A stretch of DNA of 64,000 nucleotides from Eubacteriales bacterium (GCA_045531485.1 JAZSEC010000024.1:3666-67665), one strand, 5' to 3'; numbered from the stretch's first letter, positions 26,792 through 35,054 are shown. A program made the numbers and translations. Notes: generated from the sequence alone by a model not told the origin.

Positions 26792-27808
26792 TTATCCCCA
26801 CTTAATGATGTTGGCAGCCCAGGTATAGCCAATTCCGGCAGCGATCATACATACGGTGCTGCCCTCCTTAACCTTACCCTGCTTCAGAGCAAGCTCAAGA
26901 GAGAGGATCTGGTCGATCTGACCAATGTGACCGTAGTCCTCAAGATAGATGGACTGGTCCTCGGTAAGACCGAGATCTGCGAGCATTGCCTTATGGCCGG
27001 AACGCTTAATGTGAAGTATGTCGAGGTAGTCAATGTCGGAGCGGGTCATACCGGACTTACGGAGTGCCTCGTCAATGCAGTGATACCAGTTAGGCATGGA
27101 AACTGTATTAAGAAGGCCCTTCATCTTAGGAGAATCCATAAGACGAAGCATACCGAACTCCTTGTAATTTTCGGGAGTAACGGGCTCAAGAATGCCGCCT
27201 ACCTTAGATCCGCAGGTGTGAACAACCGAGCCGTCGGACATAAGGTGAGTGCCAAGGAGGAGGTTCTTGCCGTAATTTTTCTTAAGAAGAACGGCACCGC
27301 CGCCTGCACCCAGGTTGAACATGAAGGATACGCCGCTGTCGGTGTAATCGATAAAGTCGCAGTTACGGTAACCGCCACATACGAGAACGGTATTAACCTC
27401 CTCGTCAGCGATAAGGATATCCTTAGCAAGCTTCATAGCGGAAACACAGGTGCAGCAACGGTTCTGAACGTCAATGCCCCATGCATTCTTTGCACCGATT
27501 CTGTCCTGAACGTAGCATGCAGAGGTGGTGAGAGGATATTCCTTCCACTCCTCGGTGATGCAGAGAATTACGTCGATCTCAAGTGGATCAACGCCGCAGT
27601 TCTCAAGACACTTAAGTGCTGCGAGAGCACCCATCTCCTGAGTACCGTCACAGGGATCGGCAGAGGGAATGAACTTCTGATTGATACCAAGCTTAGCTCT
27701 TACAGCATCCTCGCTCCATACGCCGCCGGTAGCATCAGAGATCTCCTTTGCAGTCATTATTTTTTTAGGAAGGTATGTACCAATACCTACTATTCCTACG
27801 TTTACCAT
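26792..27808 (-). CDS. Thiolase-fold condensing enzyme, KAS III (FabH) / HMG-CoA-synthase-like, substrate unknown
   Basis: Start at ATG 27808 (RBS AAAGGA). The N-terminus VGIVGIGTYLPKK is typical of FabH/HMGCS-type enzymes. Candidate nucleophile Cys in DVQNRCCTCVSAM, Gly-rich LGAGGGAVLL, and C-terminal GHIGQ. Confidence 0.7.
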   Translation of the reverse strand: MVNVGIVGIGTYLPKKIMTAKEISDATGGVWSEDAVRAKLGINQKFIPSADPCDGTQEMGALAALKCLENCGVDPLEIDVILCITEEWKEYPLTTSACYVQDRIGAKNAWGIDVQNRCCTCVSAMKLAKDILIADEEVNTVLVCGGYRNCDFIDYTDSGVSFMFNLGAGGGAVLLKKNYGKNLLLGTHLMSDGSVVHTCGSKVGGILEPVTPENYKEFGMLRLMDSPKMKGLLNTVSMPNWYHCIDEALRKSGMTRSDIDYLDILHIKRSGHKAMLADLGLTEDQSIYLEDYGHIGQIDQILSLELALKQGKVKEGSTVCMIAAGIGYTWAANIIKWG

Positions 27809-27871
27809 AATAATTTTTCCTTTCTTTTGCAAACTTTTATTTGCATTTTAGGTGTTTTTGGCTATTTTGTA

Positions 27872-28591
27872 TTAGAGTCTCATGCCGCCGTTTACGGAAA
27901 GAACGTGGCCGGTTACGTAAGATGCATCGTCGGATGCAAGGAAGAGAGCCGCCTTAGCGATCTCCTCGGGCTGACCAAGTCTGCCGAGCATGGTAAGACC
28001 TGCGAACTTCTTAAGAAGATCCTCGGGAACGGTCTTCATCATATCGGTCATGATATAGCCGGGAGCAATAGCGTTTACTCTTACGGGAACGCCCTTTCTT
28101 GCAAACTCCTTAGCCCAGGTCTTGGTAAGACCGATAACGCCTGCCTTAGATGCAGCGTAGTTAGCCTGACCGATGTTGCCGTACTCACCAACTACGGAAG
28201 AAATGTTGATGATGCTGCCGCCGCCGATCTCCTCCATGAAGGGACCTACGTATCTGGTAAGATTGAATACACCCTTAAGGTTGATGTCGATAACCAGATC
28301 CCACTGGTCGTCGGTCATCTTTCTGGTCATAGAGTCACGGGTGATACCTGCGTTGTTAACGAGGATATCGATTCTACCGTACTTTTCCTTTGCATACTCG
28401 AAGAGAGCCTTACAAGCCTCACCGTCTGTAACGTTAAGCTGATAATACTCAACACCCTCACACTCATAGGAAAGGGGAGCCATATCTACTGCGATAACCT
28501 TAGCACCCTCTCTTGCGAAGGTCTGAGCCATCTCGCCGCCAAGACCCTTAGCAGCACCGGTAACAATTGCAATTTTATCCTGTAATCTCAT
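27872..28591 (-). CDS. Short-chain dehydrogenase/reductase, FabG / PhaB-like 3-oxoacyl (acetoacetyl) reductase
   Basis: Start at ATG 28591 (RBS GAAAGAAGG); the track start at 28717 overlaps the thiolase gene. TGAAKGLG cofactor motif, NNAGITRD, catalytic S...YAASK and PGYIMTDM are classical FabG signatures. Confidence 0.85.
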   Translation of the reverse strand: MRLQDKIAIVTGAAKGLGGEMAQTFAREGAKVIAVDMAPLSYECEGVEYYQLNVTDGEACKALFEYAKEKYGRIDILVNNAGITRDSMTRKMTDDQWDLVIDINLKGVFNLTRYVGPFMEEIGGGSIINISSVVGEYGNIGQANYAASKAGVIGLTKTWAKEFARKGVPVRVNAIAPGYIMTDMMKTVPEDLLKKFAGLTMLGRLGQPEEIAKAALFLASDDASYVTGHVLSVNGGMRL

Positions 28592-28625
28592 TATTAAATA
28601 CCTTCTTTCTGTAATTTGGAATTGA

Positions 28626-29831
28626 TCAAATATTCTTGATGATAACTGCAGTACCCATACCGCCGCCGATGCAAAGAGATGCAAGACCATAGGTCTTACC
28701 GCTTCTCTTAAGCTCATGAGCGAGGGTTACGAGAATTCTGTTTCCGCTTGCACCAACGGGATGTCCAAGTGCGATAGCACCGCCGTTTACATTGCAGCGT
28801 GCAAGGATGTCCTCGCGGCTCTCACCGTGCTCCTCGGAAAGAAGCTTTACGACGCCGAGAGACTGAGCAGCGAACGCCTCGTTAAGCTCGAGAAGCTCGA
28901 TCTGCTGTAATTTCATACCTGCGTTCTTAAGTGCGTTTCTAACCGCGGGAACGGGACCAAGACCCATTACGTCGGGCTCTACGCCGCCCTGACCGATACC
29001 GATGATCTCAGCCATGGGAGTAAGGCCGTACTTCTCAACTGCAGCCTCGGATGCGAGAATAACGAAGGAGGCACCGTCGTTAATACCGGATGCGTTACCT
29101 GCGGTAACAGAGCCGTCGGGCTTGAATGCGGGACGAAGGGTACCAAGCTTCTCAAGGGTGGTGGTGCGGTTGATGTATTCATCAGCCTCGAAAACGAATT
29201 CCTTTCTACCCTGCTTTACGGTAAGGGGAACGATCTCGTCTACGAACTTACCTGCGTCCTGAGCCGCGATAGCCTTCTTCTGAGAATTGATAGCAAACTC
29301 GTCCTGCTCCTGACGGGTGAGGCCGAATCTTTCAACGATATTCTCAGCAGTAATACCCATGTGAAGACCGCTGTATGCGTCGGTAAGGGAGTCGTAGATC
29401 ATGTGGTCGATCATCTTCATATCGCCCATCTTTGCACCCCATCTGGTCTTACCGGGAACAAGATAAGGAGCACCGCTCATAACCTCGGTACCGCCTGCTG
29501 CAACGAGATCTGCAGCCCCTGCCTTGATGGAAAGAACGCCGTTCATAACAGCCTTCATACCACTGCCGCACACCATATTAAGGGAGTATGCAGGAATTTC
29601 GATGGGAACACCTGCTCCGATGGCAACCTGACGGCCGGGGCCCTGCTTTACACCTGCGGGAAGCACGTTACCTACGATAACCTCGTCAAGCCATGCGGGC
29701 TCAACCTTTGCCTCCGCCAGTGCAGCCTTAAGCACCTGTGCACCGAGATAGGTGGGGGAAAGATCCTTGAGAGAGCCAAGCATCGATCCGATAGCACTAC
29801 GCTTTGCACTTACTAAATATACCTTGTTCAA
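28626..29831 (-). CDS. thlA: Acetyl-CoA C-acetyltransferase (biosynthetic-type thiolase)
   Basis: NMVCGSGMKAV (active-site Cys), NVNGGAIALGHPVGASG and CIGGGMGTA. 401 aa. Confidence 0.9.
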   Translation of the reverse strand: MNKVYLVSAKRSAIGSMLGSLKDLSPTYLGAQVLKAALAEAKVEPAWLDEVIVGNVLPAGVKQGPGRQVAIGAGVPIEIPAYSLNMVCGSGMKAVMNGVLSIKAGAADLVAAGGTEVMSGAPYLVPGKTRWGAKMGDMKMIDHMIYDSLTDAYSGLHMGITAENIVERFGLTRQEQDEFAINSQKKAIAAQDAGKFVDEIVPLTVKQGRKEFVFEADEYINRTTTLEKLGTLRPAFKPDGSVTAGNASGINDGASFVILASEAAVEKYGLTPMAEIIGIGQGGVEPDVMGLGPVPAVRNALKNAGMKLQQIELLELNEAFAAQSLGVVKLLSEEHGESREDILARCNVNGGAIALGHPVGASGNRILVTLAHELKRSGKTYGLASLCIGGGMGTAVIIKNI

Positions 29832-29867
29832 TAGTTATTCTCCTTTACGTTTATTTTTTATATCAAA

Positions 29868-30833
29868 TTAAAGAAGCTTATTGAGCTGCTTCATAACCGC
29901 GGTAGCATCAGAAACGATACCGAGGTTAGCAACCTTGAAGATAGGAGCGTTCTTATCGGTATTGATAGCCACGATAAACTCGGACTCCTCCATACCTGCA
30001 AGATGCTGAATAGCTCCGCTGATACCGAAGGCAAGATATGCCTGGGGACGAACGGTCTTACCGGTCTGACCAACCTGGCAAGCATGCTCCATAACGCCTG
30101 CGTCAACGAGAGCACGGGAGGAAGCTACAGAGCCACCGAGATTAAGAGCAAGCTCTCTTGCGGGAGCAATATCCTTAACACCACGGCCGCAGGATACGAG
30201 AATCTTAGCATTCTCGATCTGACCGCAGGTCTGGCACTCGCTAACCTCTTCAAGAACGGTTACAACAAACTTAGACTCATCCCAAGCAATATTCTCCTCA
30301 ACTACAACGCCCTGGCGGGAATCGTCGCGATCAAGCTTCTTCATAACACCGGGACGAACGGTAGACATCTGAGGACGGTGATCGGGACAGATGATGGTAG
30401 CAAACAGGTTGCCGCCGAATGCGGGACGAGTCATGAAGAGGTTGCCCTCCTCGTCCATCTCAAGCTTGGTGCAGTCTGCAGTAAGACCGGTCTTGAGTCT
30501 TGCGGAAAGTCTGGGAGCAAGGTCACGGCCGATGCTGGTAGCACCGAAGAGGATTACAGAGGGGGTATACTCTCTTGCAAGCTGAGTAACCGCCTGTGTA
30601 TAGGGCTCGGTAACGAATGCAGCGAGTCTTTCATCGTCAACAACGTGAACCTCGTCTGCACCGTATGCAATAAGATCCTGAGCCTTAGACTTTACGTTAT
30701 GTCCAAGGAGGATAGCACCGACCTTTTCGCCGGTTTTCTCAGCAAGCTCACGTGCGATGCCGAGAAGCTCAAGAGCAACGTTCTGAAGCTCACCGTCACG
30801 CTGCTCGCAGAATACCCAAATATTCTTAGCCAT
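29868..30833 (-). CDS. etfA: Electron transfer flavoprotein alpha subunit
   Basis: IWVFCEQRDG..., SIGRDLAPRLSARL, ISGAIQHLAGM; the typical clostridial EtfA partnered with Bcd. Confidence 0.9.
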   Translation of the reverse strand: MAKNIWVFCEQRDGELQNVALELLGIARELAEKTGEKVGAILLGHNVKSKAQDLIAYGADEVHVVDDERLAAFVTEPYTQAVTQLAREYTPSVILFGATSIGRDLAPRLSARLKTGLTADCTKLEMDEEGNLFMTRPAFGGNLFATIICPDHRPQMSTVRPGVMKKLDRDDSRQGVVVEENIAWDESKFVVTVLEEVSECQTCGQIENAKILVSCGRGVKDIAPARELALNLGGSVASSRALVDAGVMEHACQVGQTGKTVRPQAYLAFGISGAIQHLAGMEESEFIVAINTDKNAPIFKVANLGIVSDATAVMKQLNKLL

Positions 30834-30847
30834 CTTTCTCTACCTCC

Positions 30848-31633
30848 TTATATGAGATGACGCTGCTTAAGTGCATCAACGATTGCCTTAGCGGCACTCT
30901 CGGGATCAAGCTCGAGAGTTTCGATAGTCTTATCAAACTGCTTGGTAGCAGTGGATTTTACCTTTGTGGGAGATCCCTTAAGACCGATAGCGGTGGGATC
31001 AACCTCGATGTCGTTGAAGGTGATGATGCCGATCTCCTTCTCGTCCTGAGCGATAATGTCCCAAACGTTCATATATCTGGGCTTATCAAGGGTGGAGAGA
31101 ATGGTGATAAGGCACTGACCCTTAACCTCGAGGGTCTGGTATCTGTCCTCAAACTGACGCTTTACGATCAGTGCACCACGCTCTGCATCATAGTCGATAG
31201 CAGCAGCATAGGTGATCTGAGGAATACCGAGATGCTCGGAGATCTGAGGACCTACCTGAGCGGTGTCGCCGTCGATAGCCTGTCTGCCGCAGAATACGAT
31301 ATCTGCACCAAGCTTCCTGATAGCAGCGGCGATAATGGTAGAGGTTGCGAGAGTATCACTACCTGCAAACGCTCTGTCGGAAAGAAGGAATGCCTCGTCG
31401 GCACCCATAGCGAGAGCCTCGCGAAGAGCCTTCTCTGCCTGCATGGGACCCATGGTGATAACGGTTACGGTAGCACCGCACTTTTCCTTAAGCTGAAGAG
31501 CAGCCTCGATCGCAGTCTTGTCGTCGGGGTTGATAATGCTGGGAACACCGTCACGCTTAAGGGTATTGGTGATGGGATCGATCTTGATTTCGGTGGTGTT
31601 AGGCACCTGCTTTATACAAACTATAATTTTCAT
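30848..31633 (-). CDS. etfB: Electron transfer flavoprotein beta subunit
   Basis: The MKIIVCIKQVPNTTEIKIDP N-terminus is characteristic of EtfB. 261 aa. Confidence 0.9.
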   Translation of the reverse strand: MKIIVCIKQVPNTTEIKIDPITNTLKRDGVPSIINPDDKTAIEAALQLKEKCGATVTVITMGPMQAEKALREALAMGADEAFLLSDRAFAGSDTLATSTIIAAAIRKLGADIVFCGRQAIDGDTAQVGPQISEHLGIPQITYAAAIDYDAERGALIVKRQFEDRYQTLEVKGQCLITILSTLDKPRYMNVWDIIAQDEKEIGIITFNDIEVDPTAIGLKGSPTKVKSTATKQFDKTIETLELDPESAAKAIVDALKQRHLI

Positions 31634-31645
31634 ATTCTACTTGCC

Positions 31646-32782
31646 TCACTTTCTAAGGAGTGCACCGGAGATAACCATTCTCTGAACCTCAGAGGTACCC
31701 TCGTAGATCTCGGTTATCTTCGCGTCTCTCATCATTCTCTCAACGGGATACTCACGGGTATATCCGTAGCCGCCGTGGAGCTGAACGCACTTTGTAGTAA
31801 CCGCCATTGCGGTCTCTGCTGCGAAGAGCTTAGCCTGAGCAGCGTTTACCGAAAGGGTGGGAAGCTTGTTCTGCTTAGCATCACAAGCAATATACACGAG
31901 AGCCTTTGCCGCAGCGATTCTGGTAGCAAGGTCAGCAAGAACGAACTGGGTGTTCTGGAACTGGCTGATAGCTCTGTTAAACTGCTTTCTGGACTTAACG
32001 TATCCAAGGGTTGCATCGAGAGCACCCTCAGCAATACCGAGAGCCTGAGCAGCGATACCGATACGGCCACCGTCAAGAGTCTTCATTGCGATCTTGAAGC
32101 CGTCGCCACGCTTGCCAAGAAGGTTTTCCTTAGGAACCTTAACGTTCTCAAAAATAAGCTCGCAGGTAGAGGAGCCGCGGATACCCATCTTCTTCTCCTT
32201 CTTACCTACGGAGAAGCCCTCGAAGCCCGACTCAACGATAAACGCGGACATTTCAGGACCCTTGGGACCCTTACCGGTGATAGCAATAATTATGTAGGTG
32301 GAGGCATAGCCTGCGTTGGTGATGAAGATCTTGCTTCCGTTAAGAAGGTAGTGATCCTCCATCTCGACAGCGGTGGTCTGCTGGTTAGCCGCGTCGGTAC
32401 CTGCGTTAGGCTCGGTAAGACCGAATGCACCGAGCTTTCTGCCGCTTGCAAGGTCGGGAAGATACTTTCTTCTCTGCTCCTCGTTTCCGTACTCAAGAAT
32501 GGGAGCAACGCAGAGCGACATGTGTGCGGAAAGAATAACACCGGTAGTGCCGCAAGCCTTGGAAAGCTCCTCAACTGCCGAAATGTACATACGGTAGTTG
32601 CCGCCTGCACCGCCGTACTCCTTGGGAACGATAATACCCATAAGACCGAGCTTTGCCATCTTCTCTACGGTCTCAGCGGGGAAACGCTCCAGCTCGTCAA
32701 CCTCCTGAGCAAGAGGCTTAACCTCGTTCTCAGCGAAGTCCTTGATCATCTGCTCAAACAGAATAGACTTGAAATCTGCCAT
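31646..32782 (-). CDS. bcd: Short-chain acyl-CoA dehydrogenase (butyryl-CoA dehydrogenase type)
   Basis: ACAD motifs GLTEPNAGTD, GGYGYTREYPVERMMRDAKITEIYEGTSEVQ. 378 aa, immediately upstream of etfBA. Confidence 0.9.
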   Translation of the reverse strand: MADFKSILFEQMIKDFAENEVKPLAQEVDELERFPAETVEKMAKLGLMGIIVPKEYGGAGGNYRMYISAVEELSKACGTTGVILSAHMSLCVAPILEYGNEEQRRKYLPDLASGRKLGAFGLTEPNAGTDAANQQTTAVEMEDHYLLNGSKIFITNAGYASTYIIIAITGKGPKGPEMSAFIVESGFEGFSVGKKEKKMGIRGSSTCELIFENVKVPKENLLGKRGDGFKIAMKTLDGGRIGIAAQALGIAEGALDATLGYVKSRKQFNRAISQFQNTQFVLADLATRIAAAKALVYIACDAKQNKLPTLSVNAAQAKLFAAETAMAVTTKCVQLHGGYGYTREYPVERMMRDAKITEIYEGTSEVQRMVISGALLRK

Positions 32783-32825
32783 TTTTCTATTTCTCCTTTG
32801 CCTTTTGGCAATTAATAATTAGCAA

Positions 32826-33227
32826 TTAAAACTTAACGGTTGCAACACCGGTGATAACTGCCTTACCGTCCTGATTTACACAGGTGGTGTTAAGCTTTAC
32901 AATGTGCTTATCCTCACGGATCTCAGCGATCTCACACTCTGCGGTGATGGTATCGCCAAGGAATACGGGAGCGGTAAATCTGAGCTCCTGACCAAGATAG
33001 ATAGTGCCCGGGCCGGGAAGCTTGTTAGCGAGAACCGCGGAAATAAGGCCGGAAGTGAGAATGCCGTGTACGATTCTTCTTCCGAAGATGGTAGTCTTAG
33101 CATATTCCTCATCAAGATGGATGGGGTTGGTGTCAAGGCTAACCTCTGCAAACGCTCTGAGATCTGCGTCAGTGAAGGTCTTCTGTACGGACGCCTTCTG
33201 TCCTACGTAAAGTTCGTTGAATGTCAT
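32826..33227 (-). CDS. MaoC-like (R)-specific enoyl-CoA hydratase (PhaJ type)
   Basis: A 133-aa single hot-dog. DTNPIHLDEEYAKTTIFGRRIVHGIL matches the MaoC dehydratase hydratase-2 motif. Confidence 0.85.
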   Translation of the reverse strand: MTFNELYVGQKASVQKTFTDADLRAFAEVSLDTNPIHLDEEYAKTTIFGRRIVHGILTSGLISAVLANKLPGPGTIYLGQELRFTAPVFLGDTITAECEIAEIREDKHIVKLNTTCVNQDGKAVITGVATVKF

Positions 33228-33249
33228 TTTATTTTCCTCCGTTTATAAA

Positions 33250-33268
33250 ATATGAATATTGTTCATAT
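33250..33268. promoter_or_regulatory. Candidate operator palindrome just downstream of the acyl-CoA operon promoter
   Basis: ATATGAA-tattg-TTCATAT, a perfect 7-bp inverted repeat between the -10 box and the RBS. A TetR gene lies divergent. Confidence 0.4.
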
Positions 33269-33281
33269 TTTTTACATCTTA

Positions 33282-33310
33282 ATTATATCATTTTTACATG
33301 TATTTGTCAA
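33282..33310 (-). promoter_or_regulatory. Consensus promoter of the acyl-CoA / Liv gene run
   Basis: The minus strand reads TTGACA, 17 nt, then TATAAT, a perfect consensus. Confidence 0.7.
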
Positions 33311-33380
33311 TATCTTCTATGTAAATCTTTTTAAAAATAAAAAATTTGGTCACTTTAGCCAAAAATTTCGACATAACCTA

Positions 33381-33409
33381 TTGCAAAAGGACTCAAAAAA
33401 TGTTATAAT
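33381..33409 (+). promoter_or_regulatory. Promoter for the tetR / Cys-repeat lipoprotein unit
   Basis: TTGCAA, 17 nt, then TATAAT. Confidence 0.6.
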
Positions 33410-33441
33410 GAATAGAAATTTTTTGTTGATATGAGGTAAAT

Positions 33442-34053
33442 ATGACGAATAATATACTTGATGTCAAGGGAATCAACCTTCCCAAAACCAAGCTTGGACA
33501 AACGAAGATGGAAAAGCTGCTGACTGCATCAGAGGAGCTTTTTGCCAAAAACGGATTTTACGGCACCTCCATTTCCGACATTTGCAAGCACGCAGGTACA
33601 GCGGTCGGCACCTTCTACATATATTTTGAAACAAAGACCGACGTCTACAAATATCTGATGGAAACCTATAAGAAGGCCATAAAGGACCGCCTTGCAGAGA
33701 GCATCAGGGACTGCGACACAAGATATGAAAGAGAGCGTGCTGGTATAAAGTGCTTTATAAAGTACGCCGTATCCACACCTAACGTATACAACATTATCTG
33801 GGGCAGCCTTTCCATCGACAGAAAGCTGTTCGTCGACTACTACGAATCCTTCGCTGCCAGCTACTCCAGAGCACTTAAAAAGGACGGAGCGGAGGTCACG
33901 GCTGAGGATACCGAGTCGGTGGCATATATGCTGATGGGTATTTCCAACTTCCTGGGTCTTAAGGCTATATTCACAAGCATGAGTGACGAGGAGATAGACG
34001 AAATGGTTGACCGTACCGTTATGCCCGCCCTGGTAAGAGGGGTAATAAAATAA
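33442..34053 (+). CDS. TetR/AcrR family transcriptional regulator
   Basis: N-terminal HTH LLTASEELFAKNGFYGTSISDICKHAGTAVGTFYIYFETK. Divergent from the acyl-CoA operon. Confidence 0.85.
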   Translation: MTNNILDVKGINLPKTKLGQTKMEKLLTASEELFAKNGFYGTSISDICKHAGTAVGTFYIYFETKTDVYKYLMETYKKAIKDRLAESIRDCDTRYERERAGIKCFIKYAVSTPNVYNIIWGSLSIDRKLFVDYYESFAASYSRALKKDGAEVTAEDTESVAYMLMGISNFLGLKAIFTSMSDEEIDEMVDRTVMPALVRGVIK

Positions 34054-34073
34054 TCCATTACGGAGAGTCTTAA

Positions 34074-34991
34074 ATGAAGCAGATCAAACTCATTTTATCT
34101 ATTGTTCTGGCATTAGTGCTGACGGTGCCGCTTGCCTCCTGCGTAGGCAACGGTAATCAGCAGGGCGGAGGTAATTCCAGCTGCTTTGACCTGAACGGCG
34201 ACCACCGATGCGATATATGCCAGGCACTGGTAAGCCAATGCATCGACGAGGACCACGACCACTTCTGTGAAATATGCAAAAGGACTGCTACAACCTGCCC
34301 TTTGGACGAAAATCGCGACCACGTATGCGACATTTGTGAACTTTATATGGGAAATTGCTATGATCACGACGACACTCACGTATGTGATTATTGCGGTCTG
34401 CCGATGGTAGACTGTCAGGATATGGACGAGGATCATATCTGCGATTTCTGTAACCTTAAGCTTAGCGAATGTGCCGACACGGACACCAATCATTTGTGTG
34501 ATCTGTGTGGAAAAAGGCTTAGCAAATGTGCTGACAAGGAGTTGCTTGACCATATATGCGACTACTGTGGCATCACCCTGTCAGAATGCTATGACAAAAA
34601 CAAGGATCACGCCTGCGAATATTGTAGCAGAACTCTGTCCGTATGCGAAGATAAAAACGACGATCACCTCTGTGACGTATGCAAACGCAGCCTATCCGAA
34701 TGCAGAGATGTCAATAACGATTATTTCTGCGATCTGTGCGGCGATAAATATCCCGTGATCATTATAACCGCCGAGGATGATTGCCTTGTCAACGGCAAGG
34801 AAATCGAGAAAATATATCTCTTCGGATCCTTTTCCGATGTACTTTTCTCTTATGCCGGAAAGGACGGCAGAATGGTTGATTACTGGATAGTTTACGACGA
34901 GGCAGGAAATGAATTTGCCCGCGTATCTAACGGAGAATTTTATTATCTCGACACCCCCGGAAAATACACGGTTTCACCCGTTTTTAAGTAA
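34074..34991 (+). CDS. Lipoprotein made of ten tandem 19-20-aa Cys/Asp/His repeats plus an approximately 77-aa C-terminal beta-rich domain; no family recognised
   Basis: RBS GGAGAG; lipobox LASC and linker GNGNQQGGGNSS. Then 10 units of C-x-D-x3-4-(D/N)-H-x-C-(D/E)-x-C-x6-7, with 30 Cys in 192 aa. Confidence 0.8.
   Translation: MKQIKLILSIVLALVLTVPLASCVGNGNQQGGGNSSCFDLNGDHRCDICQALVSQCIDEDHDHFCEICKRTATTCPLDENRDHVCDICELYMGNCYDHDDTHVCDYCGLPMVDCQDMDEDHICDFCNLKLSECADTDTNHLCDLCGKRLSKCADKELLDHICDYCGITLSECYDKNKDHACEYCSRTLSVCEDKNDDHLCDVCKRSLSECRDVNNDYFCDLCGDKYPVIIITAEDDCLVNGKEIEKIYLFGSFSDVLFSYAGKDGRMVDYWIVYDEAGNEFARVSNGEFYYLDTPGKYTVSPVFK
34182..34757 (+). repeat. Ten in-frame 57/60-bp coding repeats (Cys-Asp-His units)
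   Basis: The units are CFDLNGDHRCDICQALVSQ, CIDEDHDHFCEICKRTATT, CPLDENRDHVCDICELYMGN, CYDHDDTHVCDYCGLPMVD and CQDMDEDHICDFCNLKLSE. The remaining five are CADTDTNHLCDLCGKRLSK, CADKELLDHICDYCGITLSE, CYDKNKDHACEYCSRTLSV, CEDKNDDHLCDVCKRSLSE and CRDVNNDYFCDLCGDKYPV. The nucleotide sequences are diverged while the C/D/H positions are kept. Confidence 0.9.
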
Positions 34992-35054
34992 ATTTGACAA
35001 TTATAGTTTACATATTGAATATATTAACGCTATATTTGGAGTACTGATTATAAA

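Noticed and set aside
33252-33434. A 60-aa ORF (MNIVHIFYILIISF...) in the tetR/operon spacer.
   Set aside because: It lies in an AT-rich promoter region that contains both divergent promoters. It has no RBS and its composition is driven by AT-richness.
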